From Dictyostelium discoideum (taxonomy: Eukaryota), in contig CM000154.2 of the NCBI GenBank assembly GCA_000004695.1, positions 4,832,001 through 4,896,000 on the forward strand: 64,000 bases of DNA, written 5' to 3'. Below the pieces are notes generated by a model that saw only the letters and a program-made list of their open reading frames with translations, made no database searches and was not told the origin of the DNA. Shown here piece by piece: positions 37,039 through 48,837 of the stretch (its first letter is position 1; each line of letters opens with the position of its first letter). The position numbers were made by a program, and so were the translations under genes.

Positions 37039-38810
37039 TTACAATTTAAGTTGTGATTGAACTGATTCGATAGTTGGAGCATCAGAGACATCACCAACAA
37101 CAACGAGGGTTGGTTTTTTGGAGGTCATTTTCTTGGCAACTCTTTTAATATCTTCAGAGGTAACTTTAGAGATTTCTTCAGCAAATTCAGCTGGAGTTAA
37201 AACTTTGTCGGTATAGATAGCTTGTTTACCAATGAATTCGAGGGCAGAGGTTCTGCTTTCAGCTTGTTCTAAAACGCTTGATTTAGTGACAGCTTTAGCA
37301 CGTTCTAATTCTTGACCAGCAGTCTTTGAGGCAGCAACGATTTCAGAGGTAATTAATGAAACAGTCTTACCAACGGTAGCACCTTCAACTTCAGCAACAA
37401 CACCGAATAAACCAGAATCACCATAAGTTAAATTGAATGCTTCAGAATTAACAATATTTGAATTACTTTTAATAAAAAAAAAATAAAAAAAATAAAAGTT
37501 AAAATTATATTTCTAAATCAATTTAATAATTAATAATAATAATAATACAAACTTTTTAGTTAAACTGAATAATCTTGAGGTTCTACCATGACCTGGTGCA
37601 GTCTTTGGACAACCATTACCTAAGATTGATTGTAAAACTGAAAAGGCAGCAACATCTTTAATGTTTGATTGAGCAGTACCTTCAAAAGCAAGAACAACTT
37701 TAGAGTTACCACTTGAATATTTAAGTGATTCACCACCAATATATTGAGCAGTTTCCTAAAATAAACAATATCATCATATTATTATTTTATTCTATTTTAT
37801 TATATATGATCATTATTATTATTATTATTATTAAAAAAAACTTACATTTGAAATTGAAGTTGATGATTCATCATTACCAAAAGTAACTTTTTCAGCTTCT
37901 TCAATTAATTCATTATGTGAAAGACCAACACCAACCAAGATCATATTTGATGGTTTGTAAGTTGAATTTACCCAATTGGTGACGGCATCTTTGGTGATGT
38001 TACCTAAATTGCAAATTGGTGCAACTAATGGACGACCAAGGGTTTTACCACGAAAAGCAGTTTGATGAACAGATTCAAAGATTGAAGAGTATGAATCGTG
38101 ATTGTAGGCTTCAGATTCTTTAACGATGATTTCGGTGACATCACGAACCTCGTGGTATGGAAGGGTTGGTTTGGTGATGTTTGCTAAATTATTCAACATT
38201 TGAAGTGAACGGTTTGGTAAGGTTTGAAGTGCAATCAATAAATTGTCACGTGATGCTTGAGCGAATGCAGTTGAACCAGAGACTTCAATGTCTCTTTGTA
38301 CTTCAATTCCTAATTTGTTGGTGTTTGATTCAAATGCTAATCCCTTAAGAACTTGATTTAAACCTGCAGTCTCTTGTGTTTCATTTCTGCTACCTGTCTT
38401 TATGTAAAGACCTAATGATACTGCTGGTCCTGTATATCCACCAACTAAACTAACTACTTTTAATCCATTTGAAAGTGTTGTTGATTCAACAATTCTTTTA
38501 CTTTCTTGAAATATTGATGTAGTGTACTATTTATATAAATAATATAAAATTAATATTAATATTAATATTTATTTATATAAATATATAAAGTGAAAAAAAA
38601 ATAAAATAAAATGAAAAAAAAAAAAAATCGTTGTGTGTTGTGTGTGTTTTTTTTTTTTTTTTTTTCATAGCGTTTTTTATTTTATTATTTTTTTTTATTT
38701 TTTTATTTTTTTTATTTTTTATTATTATTGTTCTTTTTCCAAAATTGATTTTTTTATTTTTTATTTTTTTATTTTAATTATGATAGATCATACATTTCTA
38801 GCAATGAATC
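37039..38810 (-). CDS. Cytochrome bc1 complex core protein 2-like (inactive M16 peptidase family); exons 38810-38784, 38526-37846, 37755-37553, 37465-37039
   Basis: A 27-nt first exon MIGRFIARN (donor AAT|GTATGA) joins via acceptor AAATAG|TAC at 38527 to ...TTLSNGLKVVSLVGGYTGPAVSLGLYIKTGSRNETQETAGLNQVLKGLAFES..., which has the M16 N-domain fold but no HxxEH. Donor AAT|GTAAGT (37845) and acceptor TTATTTTAG|G (37756) give ...VVLAFEGTAQSNIKDVAAFSVLQSILGNG.... A last intron (37552-37466) gives ...SEAFNLTYGDSGLFGVVAEV...KKPTLVVVGDVSDAPTIE. The whole product is co-linear with UQCRC2/QCR2. The last donor is the non-consensus AA|GTTTGT. Confidence 0.75.
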
Positions 38811-39783
38811 TTCCGATCATTTTGTATTATATTCTCTTAAATTGTTTATTATTGATAATGAATAATATAAAAAATTTGAAGTGAAAAAAAAAAATGTGAT
38901 GAAAAAAAAAAAAAAAAAATTAAAAAAATAAAAAAAAAATAAAATTGAAAAAAAAAAAAAAAAAAAAAATTTAAAAAAAAAAAAAAAAAACCAAAAAAAT
39001 TTTTATTCTTACAAAAAATTGAAGTTCTGATTGATTTAAATAATATTACCAATAAATAAAAAAAAAATTTTAAAACAAAAAATCAAAACAATTTTTCTAT
39101 TTTTAGAGTAACTTTTTTTTTTTTTTTTTTTTCTTTTTCTCAACTCTTTAGTATTATAAAATTAAAAAAATAAAATTGATTCAATAAAAAAAAAATAAAA
39201 AAAAAAATAAAAAAATAATATAAAATAATCAATTATTGACAAAAAACATTCAAATCTTACACAAAACAAAAAAAAATTATTGATATTATTTTATTTATTT
39301 TTAGTATAGATAAATAGAACACAAAAACACACAAAATGGTAAATAAAAAATAAAAAAAATATTAATATTTCTATTTTTTTTAATTTTTTTTTTTTTTTTT
39401 TTTTTATTTTTAAAATTTCGTTGTTTTTCATCCAAAAAAAAAAATAATTTAAATTTTAGTTTTAAAAAAAAAAAAAAAAAAACACAAAATATACCCCCTC
39501 CTATTTTTTTCTTGTGGATAAAATCATAACAAAATTACTCAAATGTATAGTCATTCTCAAATACCCACTACTAGAACTTTCTAAAAATCTCACTTCAAAC
39601 AATTCTTTAAGAAACAAAATTTTGAAACCAAAAGACACCAGAGGTGACCATTTTATATAAAGGTGGGCCACCTCCCCATTCAATATTCAAGTACCTCCTC
39701 TAAAAAATGCAAATGTCAACCAAATTGCAAAATTCAAACAAGATATGAATGACAACATATTGTTGTGGTATACCTATAAATCC

Positions 39784-39814
<31 letters not shown>

Positions 39815-39834
39815 AATTTATCATAAAGTACCTT

Positions 39835-40073
39835 GGAACTCTTGAAGGGAAATTTCTTTTTTCTTTTACTCTTGACGGATATGGTTTTCTCGACAGACAT
39901 AGCATTGGGCATATAAATAAATAAATAAATCACAAAAACAACCATTGTGAGCTATTTAATTGTATGTTATGTGGATTGGTTACTCCAATGCATGACTTAT
40001 GCCCAATGCTTAGATGTAGAGGAAACCTCTCCTTCAAGATTAAAAACAAAAAGAAATTTCCTTCAAGAATTCC
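39835..40073. repeat. Diverged inverted repeat: about 85-bp arms (39835-39918 and 39990-40073, roughly 80% identity) around a 70-bp spacer
   Basis: The left arm ggaactcttgaagggaaatttctttttt...agcattgggcatataaat pairs with the reverse complement of the right arm ...ttatgcccaatgcttagatgtagaggaaacctctccttcaagattaaaaacaaaaagaaatttccttcaagaattcc. It lies inside a 600-bp island (39480-40080) that is clearly less AT-rich than the surrounding intergenic DNA. Confidence 0.6.
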
Positions 40074-40337
40074 ATTTTTGTTATTATTTATCATTTAATA
40101 TATTAAAAAAAAAAAAAAAATTAAAATAAAAAAAAAAAAAAAAAAAAAAAAATCTTATTTTAATATTTTCTCCTATTTTCAATATTTAATTATTTATCAT
40201 TCATTTTTGTAATTATTTTTTTTTTATTTTAAAGAACCAAGAGCGGGGAATATTTTACATTAAAAAAAAATAAAAAAATTGAAGTTCTGGTTAGTTTTTT
40301 TATTTTTTTAACACTACTATTATTTATTTGTATTTAT

Positions 40338-43094
40338 TTATTTGTATTTATTTGTATTTGAAACAATTTTTATAATATTTCTATCAACTTTATCTTGAAT
40401 AAAATCTTTATATCTATTAAATTGATTAATTTTGTTACAAAGTGTTGTATAATTTTTTTGAGATATTGTTAAATTGAATTTTGATTTAATATCTTGATCA
40501 ATTGTATCATTATTTTCAAAATCATCTAATAATAATTTTACAACCAATAGAGGATAGCTTCTTTCAATGATATTTTTTAAACTGAAAAAATAATTCTCCA
40601 TTGGTTTATAATCCATTTGAATATTTTGAGATTTTAATTTCAAATATAAAAAAACTGCAGTTTTATGATCTAAATCTTGGAATCTAACTGGTTGAATGAA
40701 TTCCAACTCATTTTTAAAATCAACATTATTTATCAAATAAAATGTTAAATAATTTGATTTCCATAAGTCAATATAGGAATAATTGTAAATAAATTTAGCT
40801 TTTAATTTTAATGAGAAATATTTAACCATATATTTTATAGTTGTAATATCTATACAATCTGATAATAAATCATCATTAATATCACCAATCCCATTATCAA
40901 AAAGGTATTGTAAAAATTGAATATCACCACTACCACTACCACTACCACCACCATTACCATTATCACCTTTATTATTATTATGATTATTATAACAAATATC
41001 TCTAACTACTGATTTACTAATATCATCTGAATCCCAAGTAAATAATGATTTATGATTTTCAAAATAATATTTAAATAATTTTTTATTATTTAATAAACAA
41101 TGTGCTGAAAATCTCCTTTGATTCGAGTTGATTATGTTGGCTAATCGATTAGCATGTTTTTTAATTTTAAATTGTGTATTTTTTGGATTTATAATATGGC
41201 TTATTAACATTGGATTTGTGAAATTTGTATTTGTAATTGCAATTTTCAAAAACTCTAATTGAGTTTTAATATCAACTCTATCATGATTAAATAAAGGTTG
41301 ACCATCGATTTTGATTTTATGATCTTTATTCATTTTCAATAATTCACAATCTCCATAGTAACATGCTACTCTTACTAAATTATCACCACCTGATGAACAA
41401 GATGGTGGATAAGTTTTTATTAAATCGTATTCCTTATACTCTGAAATGAATTGATAAATCAATGATTCTAAATCATAATTATAAAATCCTTTTTCACTCT
41501 TTGCAAACCAATCAAAATAAAATACTCTTTTAATTTCTCTAACTAATTCAAAATCTTCATAATCAATTTCAGTAAATTCCGTTTCGTCAAAATAAATATA
41601 CTCTTCATTTTCATCTTCTTCTTCATTTTCAACATTATTATTTTTAATAGTATTATTATTATTATTATTAAAAAATGAATAAATATATGATACTGCATCG
41701 TAAATTAAATAAACAATTTTATCATTAGCTGTTGGTGGTGGTGGTGGAGGTGGTGGAGGTGGTGGTGTTGTTGGTGTTGTTGGTGTTGGTTTTATAATAG
41801 CTAAATTATAAATTGAATTTACTTTTTTAGTTGTTTGATTTTCTTTTAAAATATCAGTTTTTTTTAAAATATGTTTGAATGGGGTTTGAATATTTCTATT
41901 TTCATTATATTCTATTAAATGTTCAACTTTTTTAAAAAGTAATGAAGAGATTTGTTTTTCTTTTTTACTAGTTCTATGTGACACTGATAAAACTAGTAAT
42001 GCTGTTAAAATATAATCAATTTGATATTTTTCAAGCACAGATTTTGTTTTGTGGCTTTTGTCAATACAACGACCGTAATTGAAATCTAAATAACTAGCGA
42101 TAGTGCTATAGTTAGCACAACCACTGCCATAATGGTCAAGATAGTTATCAAGTAAATTGTAACTTAGGAAAATATTATTTAAAACTGAAAATGAATTATA
42201 ACCATTGAATTGCAATAATGGAATGTTATAATCATTATATAAACGTTTAAATAATTGGTGATCTAATCTCATCAAATTTTCAAAATATATTTCAAAACTA
42301 CCAGTAAATGAAATTGGTGGTACGAATCCAATTTCATCCAATAGAAATCTAATTAATTCACATCTCTTATTTGAACATAACGCATTATAAAATGCTTTCA
42401 TTGGATCTTTTACCATAATTCCAAGTTCATAATAAATGAATTTAATAATTTTTAAATCACATTTACCTAATGATTTATCAAATAAATCATCATTATTAAT
42501 TCTAAGTTCTTCTATTGTTGTTGTTGTTGTTGTTGTTGTTGTTTTTGTTGTTGCTGAAGTTGAAGTTGAAGAGGAAGTTGAAGAAGAGGAAGTTGATGAT
42601 GGATTGACGGTACCATAATTTTCAAATATAAATTTTAATAAATCTAAATTAGAAGTATCTAATGAAGTTTTAATTAATTCTTGTGTAAGTTTATTTGTAC
42701 TTAATAAAATTGATTTATTTGTATTTAATAATTGATTTAAAATTATTGACGATTCTTCTTTATTTAATGATAGATTATAATGATTATAATAATTATTATT
42801 AAAAAAATAAATAAATGATGTAATAGATTTTGAATCAATTTGATCAAATTTTTCATTTCTTTTAATTTTATATAATAATAATTCTCTTGCATGCTTTAAA
42901 CACCATTCAAAACCTGCTTGATCATATTTTTTAATTTTAAAACAATCTTCTGAATATGATCTACCACCATAAGAAATTTGTTCATTAAATTTATAAACAT
43001 AATCATATATATAATTTGATAAATATTTATTATTAAATACTGATTTATATAAACTATAAATATCTTTATTTTTATTTTTATTTAAATTATTCAT
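40338..43094 (-). CDS. Large hypothetical protein (918 aa, single exon) with a TPTTPTTPPPPPPPPPPPTA linker and a Ser/Thr tract
   Basis: One uninterrupted ORF. Codon usage matches the neighbours. Outside two short tracts it is not low-complexity. I did not recognise any catalytic motif; the C-terminal third is possibly degenerate ankyrin or helical-repeat sequence. Confidence 0.7.
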   Translation of the reverse strand: MNNLNKNKNKDIYSLYKSVFNNKYLSNYIYDYVYKFNEQISYGGRSYSEDCFKIKKYDQAGFEWCLKHARELLLYKIKRNEKFDQIDSKSITSFIYFFNNNYYNHYNLSLNKEESSIILNQLLNTNKSILLSTNKLTQELIKTSLDTSNLDLLKFIFENYGTVNPSSTSSSSTSSSTSTSATTKTTTTTTTTTIEELRINNDDLFDKSLGKCDLKIIKFIYYELGIMVKDPMKAFYNALCSNKRCELIRFLLDEIGFVPPISFTGSFEIYFENLMRLDHQLFKRLYNDYNIPLLQFNGYNSFSVLNNIFLSYNLLDNYLDHYGSGCANYSTIASYLDFNYGRCIDKSHKTKSVLEKYQIDYILTALLVLSVSHRTSKKEKQISSLLFKKVEHLIEYNENRNIQTPFKHILKKTDILKENQTTKKVNSIYNLAIIKPTPTTPTTPPPPPPPPPPPTANDKIVYLIYDAVSYIYSFFNNNNNNTIKNNNVENEEEDENEEYIYFDETEFTEIDYEDFELVREIKRVFYFDWFAKSEKGFYNYDLESLIYQFISEYKEYDLIKTYPPSCSSGGDNLVRVACYYGDCELLKMNKDHKIKIDGQPLFNHDRVDIKTQLEFLKIAITNTNFTNPMLISHIINPKNTQFKIKKHANRLANIINSNQRRFSAHCLLNNKKLFKYYFENHKSLFTWDSDDISKSVVRDICYNNHNNNKGDNGNGGGSGSGSGDIQFLQYLFDNGIGDINDDLLSDCIDITTIKYMVKYFSLKLKAKFIYNYSYIDLWKSNYLTFYLINNVDFKNELEFIQPVRFQDLDHKTAVFLYLKLKSQNIQMDYKPMENYFFSLKNIIERSYPLLVVKLLLDDFENNDTIDQDIKSKFNLTISQKNYTTLCNKINQFNRYKDFIQDKVDRNIIKIVSNTNKYK

Positions 43095-43337
43095 TTTATT
43101 TTAATTTTTGTTTTTGTTTATCACTGAATTTTTTTTTTTTTTTTTTTTCACACACTTTATCACCATCAAAAAAAAAAAAAAAAAAATAAAGAAAAAAAAA
43201 TAAAAAGATATTTTTTTTTTTTATTTTTTATCAGAAAACATTTGGTGACAAAAATCTAGATATCCAAAATTACCTGAAAAACCACCTTTAAATGTTTATG
43301 TGTTATAAATAAAAAATATAAAAAAAAAACAACAAAA

Positions 43338-43375
<38 letters not shown>

Positions 43376-43485
43376 CAATTATAAAACAACAATATTTTTA
43401 TTTTATTAATTCTGTTACATTCTTTTTTTTTTTAATGATAAATAATTTTTTTTAATTTTTGTTATTATTGTTGTTGTTTATTTTT

Positions 43486-43815
43486 TTATACTTTTACATT
43501 TGCACCAGTTGTAGTTTTAGCATTAATATTGGTAAGACCAGGTGCACTAAGAGTGGTATTGGTGTTTGCTTTAACACTTGTATTTGCGAGGACTGAAATT
43601 TCATTTGTACCAAATTCACCAACATTCAATGATGAATTGAAAATTTGGTTTGATCCTGATGATTTGATTGAACCGAATTTGGAGATTGAGTCTAAAAAAA
43701 GAAATAATTAAAAAAAAAGGAAAAAATAAAAATAATTAAAACTTGTTTTTTTTTTTTAAATATGAGTTAATTAATTTAAATAATAATAATAATAAAAATT
43801 ACTAATTAATGTCAT
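43486..43815 (-). CDS. HssA/B-like (hssA/2C/7E family-like) small protein, 72 aa; exons 43815-43803 and 43691-43486
   Basis: This gene is not in the ORF track. A 13-nt first exon ATGACATTAATTA is followed by donor GTAATT, a 111-nt AT-rich intron, and acceptor TTTTTTTAG|AC. The product is MTLINSISKFGSIKSSGSNQIFNSSLNVGEFGTNEISVLANTSVKANTNTTLSAPGLTNINAKTTTGANVKV. The MT(L/I)..SIS start and the short G/S/N/T-rich body resemble the Dictyostelium HssA/B-like family. The listed plus-strand ORF 43529-43711 is the antisense of this exon; it uses the rare codons GCG and AGG and starts at TTG. Confidence 0.5.
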
Positions 43816-44259
43816 TTTATTAATTTTTTTTTTTTTAATTTTTTAATAATTATTGTTTTGATTGGATATTTAAAAAATAGAATTTATTTAAATCCTTTTA
43901 TACTTTTTTTTTTTTTTGGACTCAAAAAATTTTTTTTTAAAAATTTATATCTTTAATTATTTAAATTAATTAAAATTAAACACTGGGTTTAATTACTATA
44001 TTTATAAATTGTCAAGTGTGTGTTGGTGTGGGTTGTGTTAATAAAAAAAAAAAAGATAAATTACCAATTATAAGAAAAATCTCACACATTTTTTTTTTTA
44101 ATTTACCAAAGTAAATTAATATATCATTATTTTGAAATTATTATAAATAATATTTACAATAAAAAATAAGAAATATTTATCAAAGTTTCTAAACAGTTGA
44201 GTCACTTTGTTCTATTTTTGTTACTTTTTTTTTTTTTTACTACCAAATAATTTTAAATT

Positions 44260-44291
<32 letters not shown>

Positions 44292-44516
44292 AACCTAAAA
44301 CACTAAAACTACTCTAAAAAAAAACTTTATTTTTGAAACACTATATCCTTTATTCAAAAAAAGAAAAAGCTAGTATTTCTTTTCGAAATTGTTTAATAAG
44401 GAAAAAAAGTGTTTAAAATAATGTAAAACTGAAATTTAAATTATTATTTTTTTTTTTAGGAAATGAATTTCGAGTTTGGGTGTCTTTTTAAAAATTATTA
44501 ATAATTTTACCAGTTT

Positions 44517-44520
<4 letters not shown>

Positions 44521-44608
<88 letters not shown>
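44521..44608. repeat. (AAT)n microsatellite, about 29 units, intergenic
   Basis: Perfect run at 44521-44608. Confidence 0.95.
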
Positions 44609-44609
<1 letters not shown>

Positions 44610-44762
44610 TTAATATTAATATTATTATTTTATTTATTTATTTATTTATTTTATATATATTTGTTTTTTTTTGATAAAATAATTTCTTTTATTTTTTTTA
44701 TTATTTTATTAATTTTTTATATTTGTTATGATAATTTTTATTTTTTATTTTATAAAAAATAA

Positions 44763-45758
44763 TTATAATAATTTTGTTAAGAGATTGACAGAGTCGGTAA
44801 ACTTATCACTAAAGGTAACTTTTGAAATTGAGTTTTTAACGGATGTACTGATTGAGCCTGATGGTCTATAATCTTTATAGGTCATTAAAATTGTACCTAA
44901 ACCACAAATACATCTCATTATTAAATCTGGATCAGATTCTGTTGAAATTACTAATGACATACATTCAACATACTTATTAACAATCTCTGTATTTATTTGA
45001 TTATATTGAGAATAAACTGAAATACTAATAAAATTTTGAAAATATATATATTTTTTAAAAAAAAAAAAAAAAAAAAAAAGTTAATATGCATGTAAAATTA
45101 ATTGAAAAAAAATGAAATATAAAATGGAAAAAAACTTACTTTAATAAAAATGTTGATAAAGCAGTTGAATAAGATTTGTTTGAATTTGGTGAAAGTTTTT
45201 GATAGATTGATTTAATTGATTCTAAAATTTGTGGATTTGAGAATAATCTTTGAGTTAATAAAGTACGAAGTGGTTCATGACGGAACATATTTGAAAAGAT
45301 TTTCAAAGCCAACATTTGATTATTCATAACGGTGGATTCTTGTACAATTTTAAAGAGAATAACCAATAGATTATATCTTGATGAAGCTCTATTCTCGATG
45401 ACCATAGATTCAAAGGTCTTTGAAGCACCAGGATGTAGAACCATAACACGAATAACATCAAGGATCGTATAAACTTTATCAGCTGGCCAAGTTAACATTT
45501 TGAAAATAACTTTATATTGATTATCACTAAACGATGAGGAATGATAACGTGATGTCTCTCTGAGTGTTGCTAAAATTCCCTTAAACAATGAAATCTCTTG
45601 TTCATCTTCATCCAATGAAATTGATTTTGTATTTGCATTTGATGAAAGTTGATCATTAAATTCTAATGCTTTAACTAATAATGATTCACTATTTGCTTGT
45701 TCAAATAATGTATAAGTTGCTTGTGGAATTAATGATGTTGGTTTAATATTAAAATCTC

Positions 45759-45816
<58 letters not shown>

Positions 45817-47195
45817 GTTATTGTTATTATTATTATTATTATTATTTGAACTATCTGGAATATATCTACTTGGAACTGTAAATGAATCACTTGGTGAACT
45901 ATAGTTATTATTATTATTATTGTTATTTGAACTACCTGGAATATATCTACTTGAACCAGTTAATGGGTCACCTTGATTTGGAGTTGCTTCAAAAGTCATT
46001 GTATCTTGACCAGAATTTTTAATTATGAATTGAGCGACTTGATCAAGGAATTCTTGACCTAAATCATTTTTTAAGATAAAATCTTGAGCGACAGTGTAAG
46101 GATTTTCAGTGAGATCGTAACCAATTTTGTACATTACACCATCACCAACATCAACATCGAAAATATAATCATACTCTCTACCATTGAGTACACCTTTTGA
46201 ACTATTTCTACTGGCAGCATTAGCATCTACAACCTCACCGATTTTAATCCATTTAGCTTCAGATGCACTCCATTGATGAGCTTCAGCGATTTTACCATTC
46301 TTTACAACCTTTAATTCACCATCTTTAGTGCCATCGGCAATCAATGCTTCATTGACGTCTTGTAATTCATTCATTTTAATATCACCAACATTATCAGACA
46401 TAATAGTTTGAGCTGCTAAATTATCTTGATATTGTTGTACCTCCTCTTGAGTTGCAAATCTTTTTTCATTTCTAGTCCAAACATAACCAACACCATCTGC
46501 ACAGCCAGTGATAATATCGCCATTGGGTGAGTATGATAAATCCCAAACTCCAGATGGATGAGTCAAGGTTTGAACATTCTCACCGTCTCTCCAAATACGT
46601 AAAGTTCTATCCTCACCAACTGAAGCAAACCCAAAGTTTGGAATATTGATAACGGCATAAACAAATGAACTATGACCTGACAACTCTTGAACCAATTCAC
46701 CATCGATTGTCCAAATGAAAACGGTACCATCATTACTACAACTTGCAAACCCTAAATCTGGAATAACTGCCAATCCTCTAACACAATCCTTATGTTTTTT
46801 CAATGTCTTTATCACTGAATAATTTCCTTTACCATTTTGTTCCCAAATCTTTATAGTTTTATCTGCACTTGCTGATACTATATTTCCATTTTGTAATCCA
46901 ATAACTGACCAAATTGATGCTTCATGTCCTGATAATGTTGTTAAACATTCACCATTTTCCCAAACTTTAATTGTTCTAAAATAAAAATAAATATATTAAT
47001 ATTAATATTTTATAAATATATAGAATTTAAAATAATAATAATAAAACTTACTTATCCCAACTACCAGAGATAATCAAACCATCATTTGTTACACCAAGTG
47101 TTGAAACTGAATCATTATGTCCTAATAACATTAATGATGGTGCACCACCTTCATTACCTTTTTTACTACTATTATTATTATTATTGTTATTATTG

Positions 47196-47239
<44 letters not shown>

Positions 47240-47551
47240 TGATGAATCTCTTGGAAAAGCTGATTTTTCCCAAACACAAATAACTTTATCATTACCACCA
47301 GATGCTAATGCACGTTCAGCTAATAATAATGATGGTGGTAATGATACAACTGTGCCAACGAAATGAGTGTGACCATGTAATTCTATACTTGAATAATTAT
47401 TTGATGGATCCCAAACTCTAATTGAATGATCTCTTGAACCTGTAACTATTCTACCATCTGAAAGTACACAAACACTTCTAACATCTTTTGAATGTCCATG
47501 TAATGATTTTGAAAGTTTATATGTTGTATTATTATTTGTTGTTGTTGTCAT
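44763..47551 (-). CDS. Phospholipase A2-activating protein orthologue (PLAA/Doa1/Ufd3: WD40 - PFU - PUL); exons 47551-47052, 46975-45140, 45024-44763
   Basis: Exon 1 (MTTTTNNNTTYKLSKSLHGHSKDVRSV...LGHNDSVSTLGVTNDGLIISGSWDK) ends AA|GTAAGT. Acceptor TATTTTAG|A at 46976 continues the WD repeats (TIKVWENGECLTTLSGHEASIWSV...). The PFU domain is ...REYDYIFDVDVGDGVMYKIGYDLTENPYTVAQDFI.... The PUL/armadillo C-terminus ends at donor AA|GTAAGT (45139); the terminal exon begins at 45024. The ORF-track start at 45136 is GTG. A poly-N tract is encoded by (ATT)n at 45770-45840. Confidence 0.8.
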
Positions 47552-47943
47552 ATTTATAATGAAATTAAAAAAATAAAAAAATAAAAAAAATAAAAAAAAA
47601 CACACAAAAAAAAAGATTGTGTGTGTGGAAAATATTATAAAAAAAAGAAAATAAGAAAAAAAATTGAAAATTAATTTTTATATTAAATTCCAACTTCACA
47701 AAAAAAAAATAAAAATAAAAAAAAATAAAAAAAAAATAAAAAATAAAAAAAAAAAAATTCCCCTAATTAATTTTGTATAATTTTCTACAAAAATGGAAAT
47801 GATTTATAATTTATTTTTTTTATTTATTTATTTATTTCATAGCAATATTAAATAATAATTTTTTTTATTTTTTTATTTTTTTGTTTTTTTTATAAATTCA
47901 CTTTTTCACCAACAAAGAATTATTATATATATATATATGTTAA

Positions 47944-48753
47944 ATGAATAAAATATTAAACTTTAAAAAAAAATTACAAAATAATAATAATAATACAAAC
48001 AATAATAATAACAATAATAATCCAAAAGCATCAATATTAAAAAATAATAATAATGATAATACCAATGATAATTTAAAAAGTAAAATAGTAGTTAAATCAA
48101 CACCTGTAATACAAAAATCATCATCATTTGCTAATGTTCCAAATTCAATTAATGTCAATACAAGTAGTAGTGGAAATAAAAATGGTGATAAACCAATTTT
48201 ATTACAAAGTATGTTTAATAAAGGTAAAAGGTCAAATGAAATAACAAATAGAAAAATTCCACCTCCTTTCTCTGAAGACTCATTTTATAAATCAGGAGTT
48301 ACTTCAAAAGTTTCAACAACAACTACAACAACCTCTTCAACTTCAAAACCAATATTACCTCAAACAATAACAAAACCAAATAAAACAAATGAAACAATAG
48401 TACCAATACCACCAATTAAAAAACCAATATCTAATAATAATATTAATTATAACAATATAAATATTCAACAATCTTCTTCAACTTGTACAATTTCAAATAG
48501 AGTTAGAGATAATTTATTTTTATTAAAAGAAGAGAGTAAGAGTGAATATAATATTAGAGTAAATGAAATTGAAAAAAAAGTAATAAGTAATAACAATATT
48601 GATTATAATGATCCATACACTCAAACAATACAAAAGATTATAATGGTTGAAAAAGAAATGATTGACACTTTTTCTGCAATGATTGAATTTCAACCATTAC
48701 AAAATTTAGCACAAACCCAAATTCTTAAATCATCATCAAGATTATCATCAAAC

Positions 48754-48799
<46 letters not shown>

Positions 48800-48837
48800 G
48801 TAATTTATTATTTTTTTTTGACGATCAAAATAATTAA
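47944..48837 (+). CDS. Low-complexity N/S/T-rich hypothetical protein (297 aa)
   Basis: Single ORF in a divergent arrangement with the PLAA gene. The composition is typical of Dictyostelium low-complexity proteins, and no domain was recognised. I cannot tell from sequence whether it is expressed. Confidence 0.45.

Noticed and set aside
38633-40129. ORFs 38633-38884, 38849-39052, 39501-39683, 39700-39945 and 39947-40129
   Set aside because: They fall in A/T-homopolymer DNA or in the GC-richer island. None has a plausible protein product; the island is better explained as a repeat or ncRNA.
43529-43711. Plus-strand 60-aa ORF starting at TTG
   Set aside because: It is the mirror image of the HssA/B-like exon on the minus strand and uses codons that are rare in this genome.
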